IMG/VR virus record: IMGVR_UViG_3300042337_000526
Location: 32,001 to 96,000 of that record
Direction: 5' to 3' (one strand)
DNA from: a virus
Length of the DNA: 64,000 nt
The notes under the pieces were generated by a model, which worked only from the letters and a program-made list of their open reading frames with translations, was not told the DNA's origin and did no database searches. Positions 26,698 through 37,421 of this stretch are shown here, one piece after another. The first letter of the stretch is position 1; each line of letters opens with the position of its first letter. Both the position numbers and the translations under genes were made by a program.

Positions 26698-27056
26698 AAA
26701 AGATATTTAATTTTTACACTAGTAGATCATCAAAATGGACCAATGTTAGAAAACAACACTTAACAGAAAATAACAGTTGTTGTGGATGTGGCAAGAAAGA
26801 CAAATTGGAAGTTCATCATATTGAGCCCGTTCATGTTAATTCGAATAGAGAATTAGATCCGTCAAATCTGGTCACATTGTGCAAAAGTTGCCATTTCACA
26901 ATTGGTCATTTAATGGATTGGAGCAGTTGGAATATTGATGTTGTGAGTGACTGTAGGGTGTATCTAAATAAAGTGAGTAACAGACCATATAAGTTAACCT
27001 CTCAAAACTTAAGTTTTATTCAAAAAATCAAAAATTATATTAACATTAGGATATAA
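26694..27056 (+). CDS. HNH endonuclease
   Basis: CCGCG...LEVHHIEP...NLVTLCKSCH. Confidence 0.85.
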   Translation: MKKIFNFYTSRSSKWTNVRKQHLTENNSCCGCGKKDKLEVHHIEPVHVNSNRELDPSNLVTLCKSCHFTIGHLMDWSSWNIDVVSDCRVYLNKVSNRPYKLTSQNLSFIQKIKNYINIRI

Positions 27057-27058
27057 AT

Positions 27059-30000
27059 ATGGCCGAATCTGATATTAGTTTTACAGCCCTTGCTGATTTT
27101 CAGCCGCTAACATGGTATAATTTAGATAGTCAAAAGGTCTTTAAGCGCATTTATTATATTAGCGATGATGGAAATACTGCTGTTGGAATACCAAAAAATG
27201 ATCAGTACAATAGACTATATACTTTTAAAAAATCTATAAATAATGGAACGATAGTTTGGAATACTGATAAATATATAGCTTTACCAATACCCACAACAGG
27301 ATCTATTGAAGTATATAATAATACTATTATATATAAAGATTATGCTAATGTAAATATTACAATATATAAATTCGATATTGTGTCAGGACAGGCTAGTTTA
27401 TTGAGTCAGTACACAACCCCAAGAGAAAGTATTGGATATAATTTATATAATATAGAAATTTTTAAAATATTAGTTTCAGATAATGGTTCTACAATATGTT
27501 ATGCTGCTAAGAAACCAACTAATATGGGGGTATCTGTTGCTTATGTATATTGCTCTAAAGACTATGGAAAAACTTTTACTAAAATAACAGAAGATGAATA
27601 TATTGTTAATTTTAATTTTAGTCCAAAAATTTTATTATCTGCAGATGGCAGTATAGTATGTTTTAATAATAAATATATAAGTTCTCAAAATGGTTCAACA
27701 GTTATAAAAAATGAAATTTTTAAATTTAATACATCAACACAAAAATTTAACAATATACCAGTAACATTTCCAATAATATCAGTACAACCACCAGTAAGAA
27801 TACAAAATCGTCGAATGTATGATATTTATAGTATATCTAAAAATAATACCATATATGGGCGCATGGTTGCAACCTCAATTTCTGATGTAAATTTTAATAT
27901 TAGTGACTCAGAATATAACATAGTTAGCAAAGATGGTGGATTGACTTGGGATTTTAGTGGTGGCGAAGCAGCTTCAAGGCCGGGATATACTAGAGTGGGA
28001 ACATTCGCCAATGATGCTGGTGATAGGTATTTGTTAGCCTATGAATTTTCTAATAAAACAATATCGAATTTACCACTTGTTGTGAATTCTGTAATATATG
28101 AAAATTATGGAAAAACAGTCTATGATCTGCCATTATTAACAATAAATAATGCAGCAATAGGTATGAGTATTGATATTAAATTTATAAATAATACCATATA
28201 TTTATATACAACAAATCAATCAGGATACGGATCACCAGAATATTACTATTATGTTTTATATTTGTCTTCAACTTCTGCGCCCACTAATCCAAACAATCCT
28301 ATAGCAATAACTCCAACCCCAACAAAAAAAGCAAATCAATCATTTATTCCTTTAAAATTATATGATCTTGATCCAGAAAATAGATTTGAAAGAATTTTTC
28401 ATATAAGCGAAGATCTTAATGAAATTATTGCTATTGAAAGAAACGACAACCAATTATGTTCGTATATTAGAAATGAATATAATACCTGGAATTTAAAAAA
28501 TAATTATAACCTTAGAATAGCACTTACAGACATACGCGATGTATATATATCTAAGAATAAAAAAATAATAGGAATATTAGGAGAAACATCCTCTAATTAT
28601 TGGAAAAATTCTGCTCAACCACGAATCCGCAATCTACTTATCTACGATATTTCCACGGGGGTAGCAATATTTACAAATAATATTTCTGGAGATATTGATT
28701 TATTTTCAAGATTTGGAGCACCAAGCGAATATGATTCCCCTCCTTATTCTAATTTTTCCATGTCTGATGATGGAAAAGTAATGATTCTTGTTCGATCTCA
28801 ACAAAAAAATGTTATTTATATTAGTGGGGCAGGCAAAACGAGTGAAAAGCAATTTGCTTACAGAACAAGTATTTCTACTGATTATGGTAAAAGTTTTGTC
28901 GCTGTACCATTTTTACAAAATATACTTAAGATTTCCTATGCAAATATTGATTTTAAAATATCTAAAGATAATACTGAATTTTTATTTTTTATTTGGTATG
29001 ATACGGAAACAGATAATGCTTTGTTGAGAACCAGTCCTTTAACATTATATAAAGGTAAAATAAATGGTTCAAATATAATAGATAATGGTTCAAATATAAT
29101 AAATTACTCAAATTGGGAAAATAAATTTAAATCAGCATCTGATGATTTAAAGACTATTTATATATCTAATACTAATCCTACAGAAACATCGACATCTTCA
29201 GCATCTACATACACAGAAAAAGGACTGTTATCAAAAGACGGTGGAGCAACGTTTGTAGAATCATATGCCCCCAACGGAACGAGAGAATATGGCAACGGAA
29301 TTTCACTAAGGAACGATGTGACAATTTGCAATCCAGACGGAGATAAGTATTTCTCTATTGTTAGAAACGATTTTCTTTGGGCTGGGTACAAAGATAATTT
29401 ATCTTTAACATATTTTGAAAATTATGGACAAAAACTTATTACAGAAATATCATTAAATGAAGATAATGACCCAATTAAAAATCAGTATTTTGGAGTTTGG
29501 GGAACCTATATTGGTGCAAAATGGTTGAATAATAATACTGTTGTTGTAAACTATGCTTTTCAAGGACCAGGTAGATCTGGTTATCTATACAAAAGTCGTA
29601 TTTTTTTAACGGGGTCAAGTACGTCACTACCAGTAACTCCAACCCCCACAAAAAAGGCAACAAACTTAGGCATTACAAGGACACCAACCAGAACAAAAGC
29701 AGCAATAACCCCAACAAGAACTCCCACCAGAACAAAAGCAGCAATAGTTCCAACAAGAACACCATCATCAACGATACCAGGAAAAACTGTTAGGAATATT
29801 GTAGCAACTGGCGGAAATGAATGTGTTCGCTTAACATGGGATATGCCAGAAGATACCAGTAATCTTCTTGGATATAAATTATATTATTCTTATTCTACAA
29901 CGAACTTTCAATTTGTGCCAGCATTTGATCCAACATATGGCGACACTCTCACTCCTAATATAACGAGTGCCACAATAACAAATGTTCCAAATGATACCGG

Positions 30001-33000
30001 ATATCAAGTTCAAATTAGAATTGAAACTGTATATTCTAATGGAAAAACATATCCAGCAGAAATTATGCAGTTTACAGACAAAACAAAATCTGTTCTAAAT
30101 TCCTCTATATTAACTTTAACAAATCCATCAACTAGCTCTACAGCAAATTTAACATGGACTCCTCCGATAGTTCAAAGGATTGGTCGCTTTACATGGACAA
30201 CTCAATTATCTCTATTAATTTATAATAATGACGTACTAGAATTTCAATCTGATTATTTATCTAATTTTTATTCATATACTATTACTAATAAAAATGGAAA
30301 TTATTCTTTTGAAATATCAGCAAGATATGTAAATGATTTTACCAATTCTTCTTTGATATATGTTAAATCTAATAGAGTAACTAAAACTTTAAATGCTGTA
30401 ATAGCAACCTCAACTCCTACTCCAACCAACACTGTAACTCCCACAGTAACCCCAACAACAACTCCAATAATTTTACCTGAATTTGTTAATATTTTCTTAC
30501 AAGAAAATAGCTTTAATAAATCTAATAACTATTTTAATATAGATATATCAAACATATCATCTAATTATCCAGTATTAGTATCTGATAGTTATGATATAGA
30601 AATCAATGGGCCTTATCCATTTGATGATATTCTTCATGTTGCAGCAATACAGTCGAATGAGGCTAGCGAAGAAATTATTACCCAACCTTGGAGAAAAACA
30701 GAAACAAGAACAGCAAATGCGATATCGGATAAAATCTACATAACTCCAGAAGTTTTGGGAATATATTATGTTAGAATCAAACGAATAGTATCTAATACAT
30801 ATTCTAATATTCAATCGTTCTTTAGATCTTTTGATATTATAGAAGTGCCTCCAACACCAACAGTCACTCCTACAGCAACAAATACGCCGACAGTAACAAA
30901 TACGCCATCGGTAACTCCACAAATTAATCCAACTCCTACTAGAACTCCAACAAAACAAATTCCTGGATTAACAGCTATACCAACTAGTACTCCTAGTCAA
31001 ACACCCACTAGAACACCATTTGTACCAAGACCCATAAATGAACTTGATTATACAACAGCTCAGATCGCGGTAAGAGATAGTAGCACTCCGGGAGCAGGAT
31101 ACTCACTAGACTGCAACATATCATTTAATCAACCAATAAGTTACGGTGGACAAAATTGGGAACAAGTATTCTTAAATTTTAATGGTAATTATATAAAAGC
31201 TCTATATGATAATGAAAATTTACCCAAAACACATAGAACATATACAACAACAGAAGCATTCTTTAAAACAAACACCTCTAATGTATTAGGTCTTCATCAG
31301 TTAAAAAATACAACTCTGGTCATAGAACCTAAAGGAAACAATAAATATTTATGGATAGTAAAAACACAATACGATAAAAATAGTTTTAATTTATCAACGC
31401 CAATGTATGCTGCTGGTACAGTATTAACTTTTGAAATATTGTTAGATTATAGTCAAGGCAAAAAAACAAGTGCTACTTTTCTTAGCGCACGAGCAAATGC
31501 TCCTTACCCATATAGTGTTTGGGAATATTCTTATGATCCGTCACAATTTTTAATAGATTTTGATATTAACGTAGATGCTACATCAATACCTGTAACGCCA
31601 ACAGTGACGCCAACAGTTACTCCAACAATATCATTAACTCCCACAAATACTCAAACAAATACTCCAACAAATACTAGCACACCATCAGCAACAGTTACTC
31701 CAACCCCAACTAATATTGATACTAGCGTAACTAGAACACCAACCCCTACTAATACAATAACTTCGACAAATACAGCAACTCCTACAATTACAGCAACGCC
31801 AACAGTAACTCCGTCAACGTCGGCTGCTCCAAGTCTTGAAGTATATTCTGCTGGAGATAATCTTTATGGACAATTATCTAATCCGTTCGTAAGTTTTTCT
31901 TCAGAGTTCTCTAAAACTTATGATTCATTATTTATGAGTAGTAAAGAAATTTCGTGCGGAAATTATCATACATGTTTTGTAGCCAACGATGGAAATGTTT
32001 ATAGTGTTGGACGTAATGCTCAAGGACAACTAGGAAGAGCAAGTTCTTCCATAAATAGTTTACAACATGGAGTTGTTCTATTCCCTGGAGGTGATTCGTC
32101 TCCATTTACACAAGTTTCTTGTGGAGCATCTCACACATTTGCGTTAAACTCTAAGGGGGAATTATATTCTTGGGGAAATAATACTAACGGACAATTAAGC
32201 TTAGGAGATAATATTGATAGAGCAACGCCGGTTCTAGTCAGTGGCATGATTAATGGGGCCCCATCTAATCCTGGAGTTTGGAAATATGTGGCCTGTGGTT
32301 CGTTTCATACTTTGGCGATTAATGTTAATGGAGAATTATATGCTTGCGGATTAAATACTGATGGTCAACTAGGATTAGGAGACAATAGAGATAGGCTAAA
32401 ATTAAGAAAAGTTACTGTTGATGGAAATTGGGTTAGTGCTGTTGGTGGAGGATATCATACGTTAGCAATAAACTCTGCTGGACAGCTATATTCTTGTGGA
32501 AATAACTCTAAGGGTCAGTTGGGAGCAGGAACAGTAGGAGTTAATACTAATGTTCTAGGATTAAGTAATGGTAATATTACAAAAATATCCGCAGGACTAT
32601 ATCACTCTGTTTGCTTAAACAACTCATCTCCAACAGAGGTTTATGGATGTGGAGAAAATTCATTTAATCAAATATCTAATGTTTCTAATAATTATCAACC
32701 ATCTCCGTCGGTTGTTGGTTGGAGGTCTATAACATCTTATGGTACAGAAATCTCTTGTGGATATAATCATACTTTAATACTAAAAAATAATAATCTTTTA
32801 TATGGTTGCGGAGATAATAGTAAAGGTCAGTTAGGAATAAAAAATAATACATCTAATAATAATATTCTCACTCAGATAGGAGATAATAGTATTGTTAGAA
32901 AATTAGCTAATAAACAAGGATCAACACATTCTCTAATATTTATAGACGAAGGATCTACAATATACTTACCACCAACTCCAACTCGTAGCAATACTCCAAC

Positions 33001-34933
33001 CCCTACTCCAACAAAAAGACCCCCAGGATCAACAGCAACACCAACACCAACAAATAGTGTTACTCCAACAAGAACGCCAACATCAAGCAAAGTTCCAGGT
33101 ATTATATTGGATCAAAGCGTATTCCAACCGAAATTTAATATTGTTGGAAGAAATAGGTCTTATTTGGTATCATATACCGGCCAACCTATCAGTTATAGAT
33201 ATAACACAGGAACTGTGTATGAGGACCCACGTACGGGAGCTCTTTACACAACATATGATTATGGCAATAGATATGCTAGAACTTCTCAAGATCAACTAAG
33301 TCGAGTTGGAGGATATGTGCCGGGTCTAGGGGCTAGTACTTCTATTACAGACGATAAAAATTTATTACTTATAATATATGATCAGGATTGGAATATTTTT
33401 AAATATTTTAATGCAAATGAATTATTATCATATACAAGAAATTCCGATAACTCACAAACCTATTCATTGGGTTATGCTGGTGGCAATGGTAAAATTGTTA
33501 ATACATCTAATATATATAGTTATGACACTGGTAGTGGAACCTCTTATTATAATCCAAGTACAGTGTCCTTGTTGCCCCGCACGGTTGAAGTAAGTGAAAG
33601 AACAACTCAAATATTAGAGTTTCCTATTCAAGATGTAAATTTGCCGAGAGCTGGCCAACCAAACTATATTGTGTTATATGGTTACAACGTATCAGAAGAA
33701 TATAATTTAGATACATTAGTTAATGAATATTTAAATAGAACAACAGCAGATTACGGTTATAATAGTGTGAATATTAAATTTACACCTTTGGGTTGGTATA
33801 AAACAGATCCGTCAAAAACTACAGCAATTAGCCAATTAAACGAATATTCTGGAAATTTAGAGGTTAGTAATATACAAGATTATATAACAGCAAAAGTTAC
33901 AACATATAAGAATAATTCAGTACGATTAAGGATTGGAACTACCAGTGGTACCACCCCCTCAGTAATAGATACTATTCTTCCAAATGATGATTATCCTCTT
34001 AAATATAGCGAAGGAAATACACCAATTCCAAATCCATATGCTACAGTAAGAGTTAAAACTAATGCTACAGGAGAGTTTTCAGTATCATTACAAGGGATAG
34101 ATGGAATTAACAGTTCCTCACAATTTTGGAAAAATTTTTACAATCTATCCGGCCCAGACAAAACACTTACAATTAGTTCAATAGCCCCAAATCCTATTGT
34201 ATCTCCAACAAACACAAAAACGCCGACGCCAACAAAAACGCCATCACAAACACCAACATCAGCCGCAAAAACTATTATAGCCCCAATATCAAATTACGTT
34301 CCTGGTAGCACCAGTATCTATACTCCGTATAAAACCTCCGGGGCTGTTTGCATATTTAACGAGCCCGATGGATCAGATTATATAAGAAATCAAATTAATG
34401 ATCCTAAAGTGTATGCAAACGCTAGTACAAGTAAAATTATGGGAAATTGTTTGGTGCCACGAGTTCCAAACCCTACTAATGACTCGCCGTATCCCACAAT
34501 AACTGCAGGAACTACTGAAGATATAGTCCCTAATTTTACAATAGAATATTATTTTTATTTAAATAGTAATAAAGATACTACAATATATTCTAGTAATGCT
34601 AGTTACTATGACTCTGCTGCAAAAACGAATATAGACGCAAAATGGAAGTTAAAATATAGTCCTTTGAGTGGTTTAGTATCAGAACAAAATCAGGGCAATA
34701 TTGAACTTAATACAAAGCTACAAACAGGATGGTATCATTTTGCTGTAAGTTTTGATAAAGGAGATTTTAGATATTTTATAAATGGTAAACAAATAGCATT
34801 CAAATTTAATATTTTTATTAAATCGACAGCAATTAGACCACGCGTTATGACATATGTAGATCAATTAGACGCTTTAAGAATAACTAATGAATCTTTATAC
34901 TATGTTCCTTTTGCAACGCTACCTCATATGTGA
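27059..34933 (+). CDS. 2624-aa multidomain protein (Asp-box propellers, FN3, RCC1 repeats, LamG-like C-terminus, TPT linkers)
   Basis: SKDYGKTF, SKDGGLTW and STDYGKSF Asp-boxes; VRLTWDMP FN3; about 7 RCC1 repeats (GxNxxGQLG...V.CGxxHT); and a C-terminal WYHFAVSFD..FRYFINGK. Confidence 0.85.
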   Translation: MAESDISFTALADFQPLTWYNLDSQKVFKRIYYISDDGNTAVGIPKNDQYNRLYTFKKSINNGTIVWNTDKYIALPIPTTGSIEVYNNTIIYKDYANVNITIYKFDIVSGQASLLSQYTTPRESIGYNLYNIEIFKILVSDNGSTICYAAKKPTNMGVSVAYVYCSKDYGKTFTKITEDEYIVNFNFSPKILLSADGSIVCFNNKYISSQNGSTVIKNEIFKFNTSTQKFNNIPVTFPIISVQPPVRIQNRRMYDIYSISKNNTIYGRMVATSISDVNFNISDSEYNIVSKDGGLTWDFSGGEAASRPGYTRVGTFANDAGDRYLLAYEFSNKTISNLPLVVNSVIYENYGKTVYDLPLLTINNAAIGMSIDIKFINNTIYLYTTNQSGYGSPEYYYYVLYLSSTSAPTNPNNPIAITPTPTKKANQSFIPLKLYDLDPENRFERIFHISEDLNEIIAIERNDNQLCSYIRNEYNTWNLKNNYNLRIALTDIRDVYISKNKKIIGILGETSSNYWKNSAQPRIRNLLIYDISTGVAIFTNNISGDIDLFSRFGAPSEYDSPPYSNFSMSDDGKVMILVRSQQKNVIYISGAGKTSEKQFAYRTSISTDYGKSFVAVPFLQNILKISYANIDFKISKDNTEFLFFIWYDTETDNALLRTSPLTLYKGKINGSNIIDNGSNIINYSNWENKFKSASDDLKTIYISNTNPTETSTSSASTYTEKGLLSKDGGATFVESYAPNGTREYGNGISLRNDVTICNPDGDKYFSIVRNDFLWAGYKDNLSLTYFENYGQKLITEISLNEDNDPIKNQYFGVWGTYIGAKWLNNNTVVVNYAFQGPGRSGYLYKSRIFLTGSSTSLPVTPTPTKKATNLGITRTPTRTKAAITPTRTPTRTKAAIVPTRTPSSTIPGKTVRNIVATGGNECVRLTWDMPEDTSNLLGYKLYYSYSTTNFQFVPAFDPTYGDTLTPNITSATITNVPNDTGYQVQIRIETVYSNGKTYPAEIMQFTDKTKSVLNSSILTLTNPSTSSTANLTWTPPIVQRIGRFTWTTQLSLLIYNNDVLEFQSDYLSNFYSYTITNKNGNYSFEISARYVNDFTNSSLIYVKSNRVTKTLNAVIATSTPTPTNTVTPTVTPTTTPIILPEFVNIFLQENSFNKSNNYFNIDISNISSNYPVLVSDSYDIEINGPYPFDDILHVAAIQSNEASEEIITQPWRKTETRTANAISDKIYITPEVLGIYYVRIKRIVSNTYSNIQSFFRSFDIIEVPPTPTVTPTATNTPTVTNTPSVTPQINPTPTRTPTKQIPGLTAIPTSTPSQTPTRTPFVPRPINELDYTTAQIAVRDSSTPGAGYSLDCNISFNQPISYGGQNWEQVFLNFNGNYIKALYDNENLPKTHRTYTTTEAFFKTNTSNVLGLHQLKNTTLVIEPKGNNKYLWIVKTQYDKNSFNLSTPMYAAGTVLTFEILLDYSQGKKTSATFLSARANAPYPYSVWEYSYDPSQFLIDFDINVDATSIPVTPTVTPTVTPTISLTPTNTQTNTPTNTSTPSATVTPTPTNIDTSVTRTPTPTNTITSTNTATPTITATPTVTPSTSAAPSLEVYSAGDNLYGQLSNPFVSFSSEFSKTYDSLFMSSKEISCGNYHTCFVANDGNVYSVGRNAQGQLGRASSSINSLQHGVVLFPGGDSSPFTQVSCGASHTFALNSKGELYSWGNNTNGQLSLGDNIDRATPVLVSGMINGAPSNPGVWKYVACGSFHTLAINVNGELYACGLNTDGQLGLGDNRDRLKLRKVTVDGNWVSAVGGGYHTLAINSAGQLYSCGNNSKGQLGAGTVGVNTNVLGLSNGNITKISAGLYHSVCLNNSSPTEVYGCGENSFNQISNVSNNYQPSPSVVGWRSITSYGTEISCGYNHTLILKNNNLLYGCGDNSKGQLGIKNNTSNNNILTQIGDNSIVRKLANKQGSTHSLIFIDEGSTIYLPPTPTRSNTPTPTPTKRPPGSTATPTPTNSVTPTRTPTSSKVPGIILDQSVFQPKFNIVGRNRSYLVSYTGQPISYRYNTGTVYEDPRTGALYTTYDYGNRYARTSQDQLSRVGGYVPGLGASTSITDDKNLLLIIYDQDWNIFKYFNANELLSYTRNSDNSQTYSLGYAGGNGKIVNTSNIYSYDTGSGTSYYNPSTVSLLPRTVEVSERTTQILEFPIQDVNLPRAGQPNYIVLYGYNVSEEYNLDTLVNEYLNRTTADYGYNSVNIKFTPLGWYKTDPSKTTAISQLNEYSGNLEVSNIQDYITAKVTTYKNNSVRLRIGTTSGTTPSVIDTILPNDDYPLKYSEGNTPIPNPYATVRVKTNATGEFSVSLQGIDGINSSSQFWKNFYNLSGPDKTLTISSIAPNPIVSPTNTKTPTPTKTPSQTPTSAAKTIIAPISNYVPGSTSIYTPYKTSGAVCIFNEPDGSDYIRNQINDPKVYANASTSKIMGNCLVPRVPNPTNDSPYPTITAGTTEDIVPNFTIEYYFYLNSNKDTTIYSSNASYYDSAAKTNIDAKWKLKYSPLSGLVSEQNQGNIELNTKLQTGWYHFAVSFDKGDFRYFINGKQIAFKFNIFIKSTAIRPRVMTYVDQLDALRITNESLYYVPFATLPHM

Positions 34934-34947
34934 GTGGAGAACAAGCA

Positions 34948-35700
34948 ATGAAAATTTTATTATATTTAGTAGTTGCTTATCTAATAATGTTAACCACAAT
35001 AACTATAGCAGGAACAATTGATCCTAAAATTGCTGATAGTGAATATTTATCATACGGATCAAAATTTAAGTGTGTTGTTGGATTATGTGGAACGGAGCAA
35101 GATGATCAGTTATATTGCGCTTCTGGAGTAGTTATAAAACCCAGATGGATACTAACTGCTGCACATGTTATTAAAAAAGCAAAAACTTGCCATATAACAG
35201 TTGATGATAAAAAAATAAATGTGTCAATATTATTTCCTCATAAAAAGTTTGATAGTGATAATTTTGGATATTATGATATTGGATTGGTTTATTGTGATGA
35301 AGATGTTTTATTAGATTTTTATCCAGAATTATATAATCAAGAAGATGAACTTGGAAAAACTTGTGCAATATCGGGATATGGTATAGCGGGAACATTCAAT
35401 ACTGGGGCAAAGATTGGTGATCGTAAACGAAGAGCAGGATCTAATAGGATTAATAATATTGATAGACAATTATTAATGTGTGATCTTAAAGATAAATATA
35501 CGGCCTTAGAGTTTTTAATAGCTAGTGGAGATAGTGGCGGTGGATTATTTATTGATAAAAAACTAGCAGGAATAAATTCTTGTGTAATAACATCTGATGG
35601 TCGTACAGATTCTAATCATAATGATGAAAGTGGTCATACTAGAATTAGTCAACACATAGAATGGATAGAAAGCACAATCAATGAAAATGAAAAGAAATAA
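34948..35700 (+). CDS. Secreted trypsin-like serine protease
   Basis: Signal-peptide-like N-terminus, with triad motifs LTAAHV, YDIGL and GDSGG. Confidence 0.9.
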   Translation: MKILLYLVVAYLIMLTTITIAGTIDPKIADSEYLSYGSKFKCVVGLCGTEQDDQLYCASGVVIKPRWILTAAHVIKKAKTCHITVDDKKINVSILFPHKKFDSDNFGYYDIGLVYCDEDVLLDFYPELYNQEDELGKTCAISGYGIAGTFNTGAKIGDRKRRAGSNRINNIDRQLLMCDLKDKYTALEFLIASGDSGGGLFIDKKLAGINSCVITSDGRTDSNHNDESGHTRISQHIEWIESTINENEKK

Positions 35701-36616
35701 AAATAAAGTAAGCCTATTACCATACATATCAGAAGAACTGAGCGGATACTCAACTTCATCTCCGCAACAGAATGGTTGGGAATTAGATAAATTTAATATT
35801 CAATCATTATGGCCAAAAGCGCAAGGAGAAAATGTTGTTGTGGCAGTAATTGATACAGGGTGTGATTTGAATCATCCAGACTTAAAAGACAATCTGCTCT
35901 CTGGTAAAAACTTTGTTGACGGCACAAAACCTCCACAAGACGATAACGGTCACGGAAGTCATGTTTCGTCAACTATTGCGGCCATTAATAACGGAATAGG
36001 AATGGTAGGTTTGGCCCCAAAAACAAAAATATTACCAGTAAAAGCTCTGGATGACCAAGGATCAGGAGTTATGGACAATATAATTAACTCTATTATTTAT
36101 GCTGCAGATTATGGTGGAGTTGATTTTATAACTATGAGTTTAGGTTCTCCAAATGGTATCCCAAGACTAGAAGAAGCAATAAACTATGCAAATAGTAAGG
36201 GTTGTGTAATATTCTGTGCGGCTGGAAATAGTGGAGAAAATTCAGAGATCATGTATCCTGCTAAATATGAGAAAACAATAAGCATTGGGGCTGTTGATGA
36301 GAATTTAGATAGAACTAGTTTTACTTGTAGCGGAGAGTCTTTAGACTTTTTAGCTCCTGGACATAATATATTGGGTTGTGTGCAGGGTGGGAGGTATGCT
36401 ATTATGAGTGGAACTAGTATGAGTAATCCATTTGCTGTAGGATGTGCGTGTTTACTTTTAAGCCATAATAAAAAGCATCATAAATACAGTTTAAACACTT
36501 ATCAAGATTACATACAAGTATTTAAAACAACGGCTCTGGAGCTTGCTAATGAAAGGTACAGAGGCAAAAGGAAGTATCAAGGATACGGGGTCATAAACCC
36601 TGTCGGTCTTCTGTAA
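35681..36616 (+). CDS. Subtilisin-like S8 protease
   Basis: VAVIDTG, NGHGSHV, AAGNSG and SGTSMS. Confidence 0.92.
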   Translation: MKMKRNKNKVSLLPYISEELSGYSTSSPQQNGWELDKFNIQSLWPKAQGENVVVAVIDTGCDLNHPDLKDNLLSGKNFVDGTKPPQDDNGHGSHVSSTIAAINNGIGMVGLAPKTKILPVKALDDQGSGVMDNIINSIIYAADYGGVDFITMSLGSPNGIPRLEEAINYANSKGCVIFCAAGNSGENSEIMYPAKYEKTISIGAVDENLDRTSFTCSGESLDFLAPGHNILGCVQGGRYAIMSGTSMSNPFAVGCACLLLSHNKKHHKYSLNTYQDYIQVFKTTALELANERYRGKRKYQGYGVINPVGLL

Positions 36617-36918
36617 TATGGATATGGGTTAATATTTGGCTGTATTTGATTTTGCTGCTGCATTTGTTGAGGCTGTTGTCTATTGATCATATTTCTATTG
36701 ATCATATTTTCAGATTCTTGGTGATATTTATCACAAGCTGCTGATCTTCGTTCAGTATCTATTAATGATCTAGGATCAGAAAATGGAACAGGATCTTTGG
36801 TGAAGAAATATATGAAACTGGTCATAGAGTCTGACAACATTCGATTCTCAACATTCGGATATTGGGCGGAGCATTGTGTTGCAATTACAACTAATAAAAA
36901 TGTAATATAGTATTTCAT
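36577..36918 (-). CDS. Small secreted Q/P-rich protein
   Basis: Signal peptide MKYYITFLLVVIATQCSA. Confidence 0.6.
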   Translation of the reverse strand: MKYYITFLLVVIATQCSAQYPNVENRMLSDSMTSFIYFFTKDPVPFSDPRSLIDTERRSAACDKYHQESENMINRNMINRQQPQQMQQQNQIQPNINPYPYYRRPTGFMTPYP

Positions 36919-36919
36919 G

Positions 36920-37300
36920 TTAGTAACTGTATGTTCTCAAAGGGTATTGGTTATTGTGATATAAATTATTTAGTTCTTGAACATTCCATGATCCAGAATA
37001 CTTAGCCTCTCTGATAGCTTCTTTTTGTAGTTGCTCCAGTTCTCTATAGTAAGTATTCATTTGTCTTCGCTGAAAATAAGAATCAACAGCAGTGACCCTA
37101 TTCTGTAGATACATAGAATATGCTGTTTGTTGATTCATAGAGGCGATTGAGTAATCAACTGATGCCCGACCGTCTGAATAAGCTATGGCGGCTTGTCCAT
37201 AATCATATGCCTGATACGGAGAAGAGGCATAATCAGAATAAACAACCTGGCCCATAGAAACATTTTGCATCAAAAATAGGACAAGAATAAAGTATCTCAT
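36920..37300 (-). CDS. Small secreted helical protein
   Basis: The real start is probably Met46 of the 36920..37435 ORF, which has a GGAG RBS and the signal peptide MRYFILVLFLMQNVSMG. Confidence 0.65.
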   Translation of the reverse strand: MRYFILVLFLMQNVSMGQVVYSDYASSPYQAYDYGQAAIAYSDGRASVDYSIASMNQQTAYSMYLQNRVTAVDSYFQRRQMNTYYRELEQLQKEAIREAKYSGSWNVQELNNLYHNNQYPLRTYSY

Positions 37301-37343
37301 GAGAGTAAGTAATCTCCAAGGCGAGTTATATGGCCATTTATAC

Positions 37344-37371
37344 ATAATATCACTTTCAACAAACTTGTCAA
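37344..37371 (-). promoter_or_regulatory. Sigma70-type promoter TTGACA-N16-TATTAT (minus strand)
   Basis: The reverse complement reads ttgaca agtttgttgaaagtga tattat, upstream of ATG 37300. Confidence 0.65.
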
Positions 37372-37421
37372 GAGCACGCTCATACTTTTTGCAGAAATGG
37401 TCATGAACCAGTTTTAATAAC

